From NCBI GenBank assembly GCA_965263295.1, contig OZ253665.1:608001-672000 (forward strand): a stretch of DNA of 64,000 nt, read 5' to 3'. Under the pieces are notes generated by a model. That model made no database searches. It was not told the DNA's origin and worked only from the letters and a program-made list of their open reading frames with translations. Position numbers and translations under genes: made by a program. This document shows, piece by piece, positions 19,935-28,296 of the stretch (positions within the stretch are counted from its first letter, which is position 1; every line of letters begins with the position of its first letter). This DNA comes from Spirochaetia bacterium (lineage in GTDB: Bacteria; Spirochaetota; Spirochaetia; SP-2023).

Positions 19935-20078
19935 ATGAATATGCAGGATTTCGAAGAGTATGTGGGCTTAACTGAGGCCACGCACTCAATCAGCCTGGAT
20001 GAGAGCTTGGACAAGTGGGACGAGCTCTTTGAAGCGGTAGATGAGTTATTTAAGGAGCATAGTTTTAGCCAGATATAA
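19935..20078 (+). CDS. Small acidic protein, 47 aa (below the ORF-track cutoff)
   Basis: MNMQDFEEYVGLTEATHSISLDESLDKWDELFEAVDELFKEHSFSQI*. Strong SD GGAGGGGG just upstream. TTGACT/TTGATA -35-like boxes at ~19872-19882. Confidence 0.55.
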   Translation: MNMQDFEEYVGLTEATHSISLDESLDKWDELFEAVDELFKEHSFSQI

Positions 20079-20221
20079 GGGTCTATTGTTGGCTTCGAAA
20101 TACTCGGTGCACCGCAGTAAATTTAATCGCTGCTAGCAGTTTTTACTGCATAAACTTTGCGTTTTTAGGAGTTGACGGGTCATATCACTAAGCTAGGCGA
20201 GATAGCTCATACGCTATATTT

Positions 20222-20257
20222 GGCGGGCACATGCTTTTCCTCATGTGCCCGTTTCTT
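20222..20257 (+). terminator. Rho-independent terminator-like hairpin
   Basis: CGGGCACATG-cttttcct-CATGTGCCCG followed by TTTCTT. Confidence 0.6.
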
Positions 20258-20555
20258 CATGCCCCAAGGCTACCCAGAACAAAAGAAATTCTTCGCCAGT
20301 TTTGTCTTTATGGGCATGGGCAGCTGAATAATGCTGTAAATTTACGGTTGAGTAGAAAGGACAATGTGCCAATATCTTAAGTCCATTCGCCAGTAATTAA
20401 AGAACGAATGCTTTATTTTAAGAGTTCAGCAGAGAATCTATGTCCACTCCGAGACTTGTTACCTCTGGAAACGGCAAATTGGGCTTGCCGGTTGATTTGC
20501 CGCCGAGATGACTGCAAGCCTGAGCCACCTGAATCGGCACTTTTGGCGGCGAAAA

Positions 20556-20843
20556 CTAATCAACGGTATAAGTCTCATCCTTGGAGGGCAAGGTCTTCTT
20601 TAATTCTTTCATAAAAGCCCTCGGTTCACCCATCTCATCGTAATCGGGACAATGCAGCATAGAACGACGCATCACAGTAGCATATTTATACAGTTTTTCT
20701 TCACCGAGCTTTTTTTTCCAATGACCTGCGTCACAGCGGACTTTATGCGTAACTTGTCCATCGTCAGTCGAGGCTCTTACAAGTTTACAGTGAATGCAAT
20801 TTGCACAGAAAATCTTATCAGTCTTGCCTGATTCTTCAGACAT
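20556..20843 (-). CDS. Small Cys-rich conserved spirochete protein, possibly metal-binding
   Basis: CxxCxxC (FCANCIHC) plus two further Cys and a GEEKLYKY.TV.RR motif I recall from treponemal hypothetical proteins. GGAGG SD upstream. Confidence 0.8.
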   Translation of the reverse strand: MSEESGKTDKIFCANCIHCKLVRASTDDGQVTHKVRCDAGHWKKKLGEEKLYKYATVMRRSMLHCPDYDEMGEPRAFMKELKKTLPSKDETYTVD

Positions 20844-21132
20844 AGTTCCTCCAACAGCAATAAACTATGCCCCTCCCTCAAAAATTATGCATAGCCAAAA
20901 TGAGAAATTTCTCCCTTACAAGGACTTATGCATAGACTTGAACAAAGGATTAGCCTTTAATTTCAAAGTGTCCATAGCATGCATGAATTTGACTTTTTGT
21001 GATAGAGTTTTATGGCGTTTTTCTTAAAAATTTCCAATAAAGCTAAGATTAACTTTGCAGAGACCAATATTTTTCAGTATGATATTTAGGTGAAACTTTT
21101 AAGACATAATTACATATTTATTTAATACTCTT

Positions 21133-21909
21133 ATGGATTATATAGATTGTCAAGTTCTTCCTTTACATTTGCGCCGTTTGCAACCGCCACGTGATGATTT
21201 GCTTGCCGCTTTGTTTGCCGCTTTGTCCAAAGGCAGCTTGCAAAATGGCGACATTTTGTTTGTTTCAGCGAAAGTCGTAGCGATTCATCAGGGCCGCTGC
21301 CGCAAACTACTCAACGCCGCTCAGCGGGAGAATTTAGTGCGACAGGAGGCCGATTATTATATTCCTCATACCTCGTGTTTAGAAGCTCTAGACTTTGCAG
21401 AACCGACATATATTGATTTTCCTTTTACCATTAAGGGGCACACACCGGTTCCGTTTGCGGGCGTAGATGAGAGTAATGGTAACGGTTGGCATATTTTATG
21501 GCCGGAGAAGCTGGCCGAGACCGCGGCGGAACTGCGCTCTCGTATTGCTAGCCATTATGCCCTAAAGGAGTTAGGCTTGGTGATTGTCGATAGTACATTG
21601 CTACCGTTGCGGCGCGGATGCATTGGACTCAGCATTGCGGCGGCGGGTATGCAATTGCTGCACTGTTACCAGGGCCAGCAAGATTTATTTGGCCGCGAAC
21701 TGAAGCTCAGTGAGAACAATATCATAGACCGCTTATCTAATTTTGCCACGTTGTTTATGGGAGAGGGAGCCGAGCAGAAGCCGATCGTGGTATTGCGTGG
21801 GTTAGGGCAATACGTCATCGCTGCCTCCGAAGAGGCGCCGGACTTTGCCACAATATTTATAGAGCCGAAAAAAGACTTCTACAGCCCGTTTTTTCGGGAG
21901 AAGAACTAG
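21133..21909 (+). CDS. CofE / F420-0:gamma-glutamyl ligase-family protein (putative folate-metabolism gamma-glutamate ligase)
   Basis: GDILFVSAKVVAIHQG, AGVDESNGNG..ILWP, GLVIVDS...PLRRG..G, DLFGREL, MGEGAEQKPIVV. Confidence 0.88.
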   Translation: MDYIDCQVLPLHLRRLQPPRDDLLAALFAALSKGSLQNGDILFVSAKVVAIHQGRCRKLLNAAQRENLVRQEADYYIPHTSCLEALDFAEPTYIDFPFTIKGHTPVPFAGVDESNGNGWHILWPEKLAETAAELRSRIASHYALKELGLVIVDSTLLPLRRGCIGLSIAAAGMQLLHCYQGQQDLFGRELKLSENNIIDRLSNFATLFMGEGAEQKPIVVLRGLGQYVIAASEEAPDFATIFIEPKKDFYSPFFREKN

Positions 21910-24485
21910 CTATTTGACTTCTTAGCTGGGGGGTGCCAGTGACGCAAGCTCCTGCGCGACGGTGAGAAATAATAGAGATAGCCACAGCGTAATAACCAAA
22001 GCGGCTGCCAATGGGCGCGGCGCCGTAGCTGCGGTGGAATCTGCAGTAACAGTTTTTGCAGGTGGGTAAGATCTGTGGCAACAAAGTACGGGCCATAGTA
22101 ATATTTCTGCAGCAAAGGCAAGGCGGCCTCGCTGAGTTGCCGCAACGTGTGCAGTTCTTCGATTTTGCACCGTATCGACTTCAGGGTTTTGGCCTCAGGT
22201 GATCGGGTTAAGGTTCCCACAACTTTTTCGCTGCCGATGTCATTTTTTAGGATATCTCTTAGGGCATCTTGCCAGGCAAAGAGTTGGAATGGCAGCTTGG
22301 TTTTTATTGCAGCAAAAAGGCTGCGGTTCAATAATTGTAAATAGTGATATTGAGCGTAAACTTGTCGTGACATCTTTTGCTCGTTTGTCGTTGAAGGGGG
22401 AGAGAGGGCCAGGTGCAGCAGCCGGGTGCGGAAGAGCAATAGCAAAATAGCTAAGATTATAATCAAGGTGCCGGGTAATAGCCAACTGCGCTGGCGCAGA
22501 CTATCCAGCAATTGGGATAATAACTGCTGACTGGCCGTAGTTTCTGCTAGCAGCTTGTTTAAGCCGCTCTCTGCCCGAAGCGAACCGTTTCTCAGCAATT
22601 CTTCAGTCAAGGCGGCCAGGTCGGCCTCGGCACCTTCGGGCAGGCCAAACTCCAGTTGTTCACCCGGTGCCAGTTCAAAAGTCGTCGGGTCAAACGTGAT
22701 CCAGCCCTGTCGTGGCTCAAAGACTTCAATCCAGGCATGAGCCTGGTCTGCAAATAGTGGGTAGTAGTCGAGTATGCGCAGCCCTGGGTTGAGCAGGAAG
22801 CCGACTACCACGCGAGTGGGGATGCCCAGGGATCGCAGCATCAATCCCGCGCTGAAAGCAAAATAGGTGCAGTACCCTTTTTTACTATCAAAAAGGAAAT
22901 AGCGTAGTTGGTCACCATCTTCTGCTATGCCCGGCTTGAGGGTGTAGCGATATTCTGTCTGGAAGTAGTCGACGATGCCGGCAGCTATTTGCAGTGGAGA
23001 AAGCCTGGGTAGCCATTCATTGCGCAGTTGCTCTGGACTCAGCGCAAGCAATTCCGCGTGACGGATCCGGGGCATGGTCCGAGTCATGGTTTGAGTCATG
23101 ATTTGGGGAAGTAGCCGGATGGTAAAGTCGCCGATGTCATGATATTCTTTGGGCAGATGGGTGTAGTAGGCTAGTTGCTCCGCAGGCAGGACCTGGCTGT
23201 AGCGCTCCAATTTTGCCCCTGGGGGCGGCGCTATGTGGTAGGAATCAACTAGAGTGCGGGCCTTAACGTGATAGACGCGGCTGAACGACGAATCTGGCCA
23301 GTTTTCAAAGGTTTGTACTTCTGTGGGGTAATTGAGGACAAATAATGAGCTGGGCTTGATGTTGAGCAGGAAAATATCGGCTTGCTGACTATGACGCAGA
23401 TCATATTGCGGCATTTGAAAGGTGCTGGTACCGCGTTCTAATTCTAGAGGCAGGGAGCTTTCGCCCGGCATATAGAGTTCTTGTGGATCGCGGAAAAAAC
23501 TGCGCTTACTATCGAGCCCGCTGAGGCTGAAGCGGGTCAGGTAGCTGGGGCGGTTCTCGGCGAGATCCTCAATCTGACTCATCATTACCAGTTGCCTGTC
23601 TTGCTCCAGGGAACTGTCGAGTTGCAGGTATTGGCCAAAATCAAACTGATTGTTTAGGTTTTTCCGCAACAAGCCATTGCCGGTCTGGGAGCCGCGTGAA
23701 GGGTGATGCCAATTGATGGGCGAGATGGGGGTCCAGTACAGAAGGGCGAAAAGGAACAGTATCAGAGCGGCAAAGCGACCGAACTGCTTGCCATGCTTGA
23801 TCAGGTTTGTTCGCCGCAGAGCGCTTGCGCTCTGCGATTTTTCTCTGCGGAAAACGGGAGAAATCCAACTGCTTTCGCAGCGCAGGTACGGGTTCAAGCT
23901 CAGCCCTAGAAGCATTAGGTTTAGGGCGGGTAGGAGCAAGCACAGGAGGCGGTACAGGTTGTAGTGGTTTTCGAAGCTGATGCTCAGCTCGTCACGTGTG
24001 AGCAAGTAGAAGCTTAACGGCAGCAGGACTACGGCTTCAATGCTGCGGTACTTGCCAAAGCGCAGCATTAAAGCGCTGCTAATTAGAAACAGGGAGGCCA
24101 AGGCCATTGACATGCGAGCCTGCAGAATATTGTATAGAATAACGATGACTTGCCCAGGGTCCGCGCGGTGGCCCGCTATAAAATCACTGAGACTTTGTAT
24201 TATCAGATACAGCAAGAAGAGGCATAAAATAGCCCAAATTAGGCGCAAGGATATTTGCCGGCTAAGCATGAGCAGGGCAAATAGCAAGTTGGCCGCGATA
24301 AACAGGGATATCAAAATACGATTGCTGATGTGAGATTCGCTGAGACTTTCTACCAGCAAGTACAGCTGAAGACTGCACAGAGTTGTGTGCAATAATAGAT
24401 AAACTACGCTCAGCCATTTGTGGTGCACTAAACTGCTGGCTGCAGGTGCTCGTAATCTTGGATGGCGTCGAACCGGCACAGTCAT
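21906..24485 (-). CDS. Membrane protein with transglutaminase-like domain
   Basis: Multiple N-terminal TM helices. Cys-His-Asp triad motifs GYCTYFA...LRSLGIPTRVVVGF, HAWIEV and GWITFDPT. Confidence 0.9.
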   Translation of the reverse strand: MTVPVRRHPRLRAPAASSLVHHKWLSVVYLLLHTTLCSLQLYLLVESLSESHISNRILISLFIAANLLFALLMLSRQISLRLIWAILCLFLLYLIIQSLSDFIAGHRADPGQVIVILYNILQARMSMALASLFLISSALMLRFGKYRSIEAVVLLPLSFYLLTRDELSISFENHYNLYRLLCLLLPALNLMLLGLSLNPYLRCESSWISPVFRREKSQSASALRRTNLIKHGKQFGRFAALILFLFALLYWTPISPINWHHPSRGSQTGNGLLRKNLNNQFDFGQYLQLDSSLEQDRQLVMMSQIEDLAENRPSYLTRFSLSGLDSKRSFFRDPQELYMPGESSLPLELERGTSTFQMPQYDLRHSQQADIFLLNIKPSSLFVLNYPTEVQTFENWPDSSFSRVYHVKARTLVDSYHIAPPPGAKLERYSQVLPAEQLAYYTHLPKEYHDIGDFTIRLLPQIMTQTMTRTMPRIRHAELLALSPEQLRNEWLPRLSPLQIAAGIVDYFQTEYRYTLKPGIAEDGDQLRYFLFDSKKGYCTYFAFSAGLMLRSLGIPTRVVVGFLLNPGLRILDYYPLFADQAHAWIEVFEPRQGWITFDPTTFELAPGEQLEFGLPEGAEADLAALTEELLRNGSLRAESGLNKLLAETTASQQLLSQLLDSLRQRSWLLPGTLIIILAILLLLFRTRLLHLALSPPSTTNEQKMSRQVYAQYHYLQLLNRSLFAAIKTKLPFQLFAWQDALRDILKNDIGSEKVVGTLTRSPEAKTLKSIRCKIEELHTLRQLSEAALPLLQKYYYGPYFVATDLTHLQKLLLQIPPQLRRRAHWQPLWLLRCGYLYYFSPSRRSLRHWHPPAKKSNS

Positions 24486-24498
24486 GAGTGGAAATGGC

Positions 24499-26364
24499 TC
24501 AGTAATTCTGGCGCGCCTGCTGGCCGTATGCCCGGTCCTGCCTGTTCGGGCTTATTGATGGGGCAGGCTGGCGCCGAATGAAGTTTGAAAATATCGAAAG
24601 TAGGGGACGCCCCACGCAATAGCGTCGGGACGGTTGACGGTAATATTGCCGCCAGCTGTGGAGCTGCCGCAATAAACGGGGGTAGGAGAATGCTTGCCGG
24701 GGACTGTAGGGATATTCTGGGGGGAGGATCTTTGCATCAGACTTTAAACTCTTGGGAGAGGCGGAAGACGGAGACAAGCTACTCAGCCCCAGGTTCTGGC
24801 AGAGCTGCAAGGTGCGCGAATCTGTTATCGGGCGCAGATCTTCGTGGTTTTGGCTTTGCAATAGCCAGCGCCAAAGCAAACGAGAGGGCAGTAATTGCCA
24901 TACCGCATACAGTGGTTGACTCATTAAAATTGGACGCAATGCGGCACTGGGTTCGCTCAGAGGGATAAAGAGGCTCTGCCGCGCAGGGAAATAATCGCTT
25001 AAAACTACTTCGTTGTTAAAACGTTTGAGGTCTGAAGTTTTGAGACTGTGAGGACTGACAAATACCAGATGGGAACTGCCGCTATTTGCGACTGGACGCT
25101 CACTATTTCGGATGATTTGCAGCATCTGCAGCAAAGGATTGACCCCGGACGCTCCGTTTGGGAGATTCCTGTGAAGTAAGTTGTAACTGCGCGGATAGGC
25201 TGCCAGGCCCTGCTGAATAGCCTCTTCGTTGTTCTCTCCATAGAGTAGACCGCTTGCCAGGTCTGGCCTGTGGTCGCCGGGGATATGGACCACAATACGA
25301 TAACCTCCACGATTCAATTCCTTCAGGCTGTTTAAAAAATATGCACAGGCCGAGTCTAAGACATTACTTCGCAAAGCGGGCGGATAGCAAGCCATGTCCA
25401 TTATAAAATAGCAGTGCAGATCCTGTGAGTAGCTTTGTTGTTCCTCAGGTATCCGTACATATAATTCATTAAAGCGCGAGTAAAGCTTCCAATTAATGCG
25501 GCGGGGGTCATCTCCGGAATAATATGGACGTTGCTCATTGAAGCCTTCTTGAGCAAATTTATGCACTGTAGTGCTCAACGGGTCCTGGCTGCTGTGGGCA
25601 TCTATAGGCTCGCGATCACTAATTAAGTTATGCCCAGGGAGCACCGCCAGCTCAAATTGTTCGCGGATGCGATAACGTATTTGTAAGCAAGAAAAAAAAT
25701 CACGCACACAGAAGCATTGGCTGTCGCCTCGATACAGACCTCGCTGGAACTGATTCAGGATGACACGCTGGCTCGTTACGTTTGCGGAGTTCAAATATTG
25801 TTCTGTAACTAGTTCGCCCAGTTGCAATGGCAAATTGATGCGGTTATAGCCACTGTGCAGCTGATAGCGCAAGCGAATCTGTCGCTTGTTTTGCTTATCG
25901 CGCAGTTGCAGTTCCCAAAAGAACTGGATACCCAACAGGATATTGGGCAGTTGAACTTCCAAAACCAATGCATTCGGGCGGTGGTCCTGGCTTTGCAGTT
26001 GTAAGCTTTGCGCTGCCAGTATTCGCGGCAGACTTAATGAGTGTCGCAGCTGCCGGCGAGCTAATTGGCCCGTAAACACGACGACTTGGATACTGAAACT
26101 CAGGCAAATGTATGCAAGTAACAGCACAAACATCAGCCCCCAAATATTTTCCCAGGAATCCCCAAAACGCGGCTTGTGCCACCACAATATATACACAGTC
26201 AAAAAAAAGAAGGCGAAGAAGCGCCAGCTGGGGGCAAAGCACACAGAGTCGCAAGGAGCTTTTCTGCTGCGAAGGCGTTTGGACCGAGACGGACTCGCGT
26301 AGCTGATGGATTGCGGTGTTGTCTGGGAGTTGCCGCTCGCCAATCCTGGCGCGTCTTTATTCAT
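24499..26364 (-). CDS. DUF58-domain protein
   Basis: Two N-terminal TM helices, RGLY, and EQRPYYSGDDPRRINWKLYSR (DUF58 signature). Directly upstream of the transglutaminase gene. Confidence 0.85.
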   Translation of the reverse strand: MNKDAPGLASGNSQTTPQSISYASPSRSKRLRSRKAPCDSVCFAPSWRFFAFFFLTVYILWWHKPRFGDSWENIWGLMFVLLLAYICLSFSIQVVVFTGQLARRQLRHSLSLPRILAAQSLQLQSQDHRPNALVLEVQLPNILLGIQFFWELQLRDKQNKRQIRLRYQLHSGYNRINLPLQLGELVTEQYLNSANVTSQRVILNQFQRGLYRGDSQCFCVRDFFSCLQIRYRIREQFELAVLPGHNLISDREPIDAHSSQDPLSTTVHKFAQEGFNEQRPYYSGDDPRRINWKLYSRFNELYVRIPEEQQSYSQDLHCYFIMDMACYPPALRSNVLDSACAYFLNSLKELNRGGYRIVVHIPGDHRPDLASGLLYGENNEEAIQQGLAAYPRSYNLLHRNLPNGASGVNPLLQMLQIIRNSERPVANSGSSHLVFVSPHSLKTSDLKRFNNEVVLSDYFPARQSLFIPLSEPSAALRPILMSQPLYAVWQLLPSRLLWRWLLQSQNHEDLRPITDSRTLQLCQNLGLSSLSPSSASPKSLKSDAKILPPEYPYSPRQAFSYPRLLRQLHSWRQYYRQPSRRYCVGRPLLSIFSNFIRRQPAPSISPNRQDRAYGQQARQNY

Positions 26365-26461
26365 TGTTATCCCGCTCCCGCTGGAGGCTCCCTATCCTGG
26401 GTGGAGGCCCAGCCTCCTCAAAGCCCGCACTCATCGAGTCCTCACCTGCCAAAAATCGGCG

Positions 26462-27997
26462 TCAATCCCATTTCTTCCGTCTTGAAAGGTCAGTACGTTG
26501 GCCAGAATAACCGGCTTGACTTCCGCGTTGATAGGAGTCGCCATCTCGTCGCTTCTGGCGGCCTTGTCCTCCTTTGTACTTATAGCGATTGCCGCCGCGG
26601 TTGGCTCCGTGCCTTCGATAATCGCGGCGTTCGTAACGCGGGCGGCTCATCAGAAATTCAAGTTCCTTTTCTGACTTCCCAATCTGCGCCTTGCCGCGTA
26701 CTTCTACCTGATCTTTCAACATGGAAATCAATTTGAAAGCGATCGTACTGAGCTCCATTTCTTCCTTCAGAATGGCCATAATCTCGTAGGCTTGTTGGTC
26801 TATATCCTGTCCATATAGGCTTTTGACGAAATTTGCAATTTTCTGATTTCGTATTTCACTGCTATGGGGCACAATTCTTCCCAAGAGCTGACCGCCAACC
26901 TTTGCATTGATGCGTTGCAGCCCGCCATATTCGTGTGGGGTGACGATGGAAATGGCCATGCCTTCCTTGCCGGCGCGGCCCGTGCGGCCGATGCGATGGA
27001 CGTAGCTTTCGCTGTCAAAGGGCAGATGATAGTTAAAGACATGGCTGACGTTGTTGATGTCCAAGCCGCGAGCGGCGACATCTGTGGCGACCAGTACTTC
27101 AAGTTGGCTATTGCGGAAACTGGAGATGACGGCTTCACGGTTCTTTTGTTCCATGTCACCGTGCAAACCCCTCGCTTCGTGGCCTTGCGAGATCAGAAAA
27201 TAGGCCAGACGATCCACCTCTTTTTTGGTACGGCAAAAGATTATCGACTTACTGGGGAGAAAGGAGTCATAAAGCCGAATCAAGGCATCGTCGCGTTCGT
27301 GCTCGTCGACGACATAAAACAACTGCTGGATCTGATCGTTAGTAATATTTTTCGGGCTGAGAGTGACGTATTGCGGATCGTGCAGTATTTCACCAATCAG
27401 CTTCTTGATGCTGGGAGGCAGGGTCGCCGAGAACAGCAGGTTCTGGCGCTCGCTTGGAAAATGGGAAAAAATTTCACGAATGTGGTCGAGAAATCCCATG
27501 TTCAGCATTTCGTCGGCCTCGTCGAGAACCACAAACTGTGGTTTGAGGTCAAACCTGCCGCTGTTCAAATGGTCAATAAAGCGGCCGGGGGTGGCTACGA
27601 TAATCTGAAAACTGTGGATGGCCTTGATTTGTGCGCTGTAAGGCTGGCCGCCGTATACCGTGGCGGTTTTTAGGCCCAGGAACTGACTAAAACGCGACAA
27701 TTCATCGGCCACTTGGATGGCCAATTCCCGTGTCGGGACCAGGATCACTGCGGCCACGCTATTTTGGAGGCGATTCCTCGCGGCTTGGCCATCGCCCTGT
27801 CGAGCCAGCAGTTCCAGTATGGGCAGGCCGAAAGCGGCTGTCTTTCCCGTACCTGTCTGGGCTTGACCGACCAGATCGCGCCCGGCCAACACCAAGGGGA
27901 TACTCTGGGCCTGAATCGGACTCGGTTCTTTAAAACCCGCATTGTCGATGGCCTTCTGTAAATCGGGACAAAAGCCAAAATCCATAAATGTAGACAT
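26462..27997 (-). CDS. DEAD-box ATP-dependent RNA helicase (DeaD/CshA-like)
   Basis: Q motif, AQTGTGKT, PTRELA, TPGR, DEADEM, SAT, TDVAARGLD, YVHRIGRTGRAG, and an R/G-rich tail. Confidence 0.97.
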   Translation of the reverse strand: MSTFMDFGFCPDLQKAIDNAGFKEPSPIQAQSIPLVLAGRDLVGQAQTGTGKTAAFGLPILELLARQGDGQAARNRLQNSVAAVILVPTRELAIQVADELSRFSQFLGLKTATVYGGQPYSAQIKAIHSFQIIVATPGRFIDHLNSGRFDLKPQFVVLDEADEMLNMGFLDHIREIFSHFPSERQNLLFSATLPPSIKKLIGEILHDPQYVTLSPKNITNDQIQQLFYVVDEHERDDALIRLYDSFLPSKSIIFCRTKKEVDRLAYFLISQGHEARGLHGDMEQKNREAVISSFRNSQLEVLVATDVAARGLDINNVSHVFNYHLPFDSESYVHRIGRTGRAGKEGMAISIVTPHEYGGLQRINAKVGGQLLGRIVPHSSEIRNQKIANFVKSLYGQDIDQQAYEIMAILKEEMELSTIAFKLISMLKDQVEVRGKAQIGKSEKELEFLMSRPRYERRDYRRHGANRGGNRYKYKGGQGRQKRRDGDSYQRGSQAGYSGQRTDLSRRKKWD

Positions 27998-28296
27998 ATA
28001 AAATCTTCCTTGTTCCGCAAACTAAACGCGGAACGCCGCAGAACTGTTATAGTTTTGAGGATATTTTTGTAAACTAGGGCACGCTAAAGACAAACGCACA
28101 AACACGGCCAAGTCTTCCGCAACCTGTTATAACGATGACCTGTGCCAGATATGCAAGCGCCAGACAGAATCAAACGGAAGTCTCTGAATTTTGCCCATCA
28201 TAGCGCAAAATGCCTATCATTGGCTAGGGGGATTTGAGCTCTATGCGCGATATTCTGCATAGAATCAATATATGGAATCAATACATGTAAAACTTT

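Noticed and set aside
20079..20450. tmRNA-like 5' start (GGGTCTATTGTTGGCTTCGA)
   Set aside because: No T-arm/acceptor 3' end (TTCGA...CCA) and no tag ORF ending in Ala-Ala downstream.
26864..27673. Long antisense ORFs (269 aa here; also 11100..11786, 34205..34801, 40095..40631)
   Set aside because: They lie fully opposite well-supported conserved genes and are shadow ORFs from codon bias.
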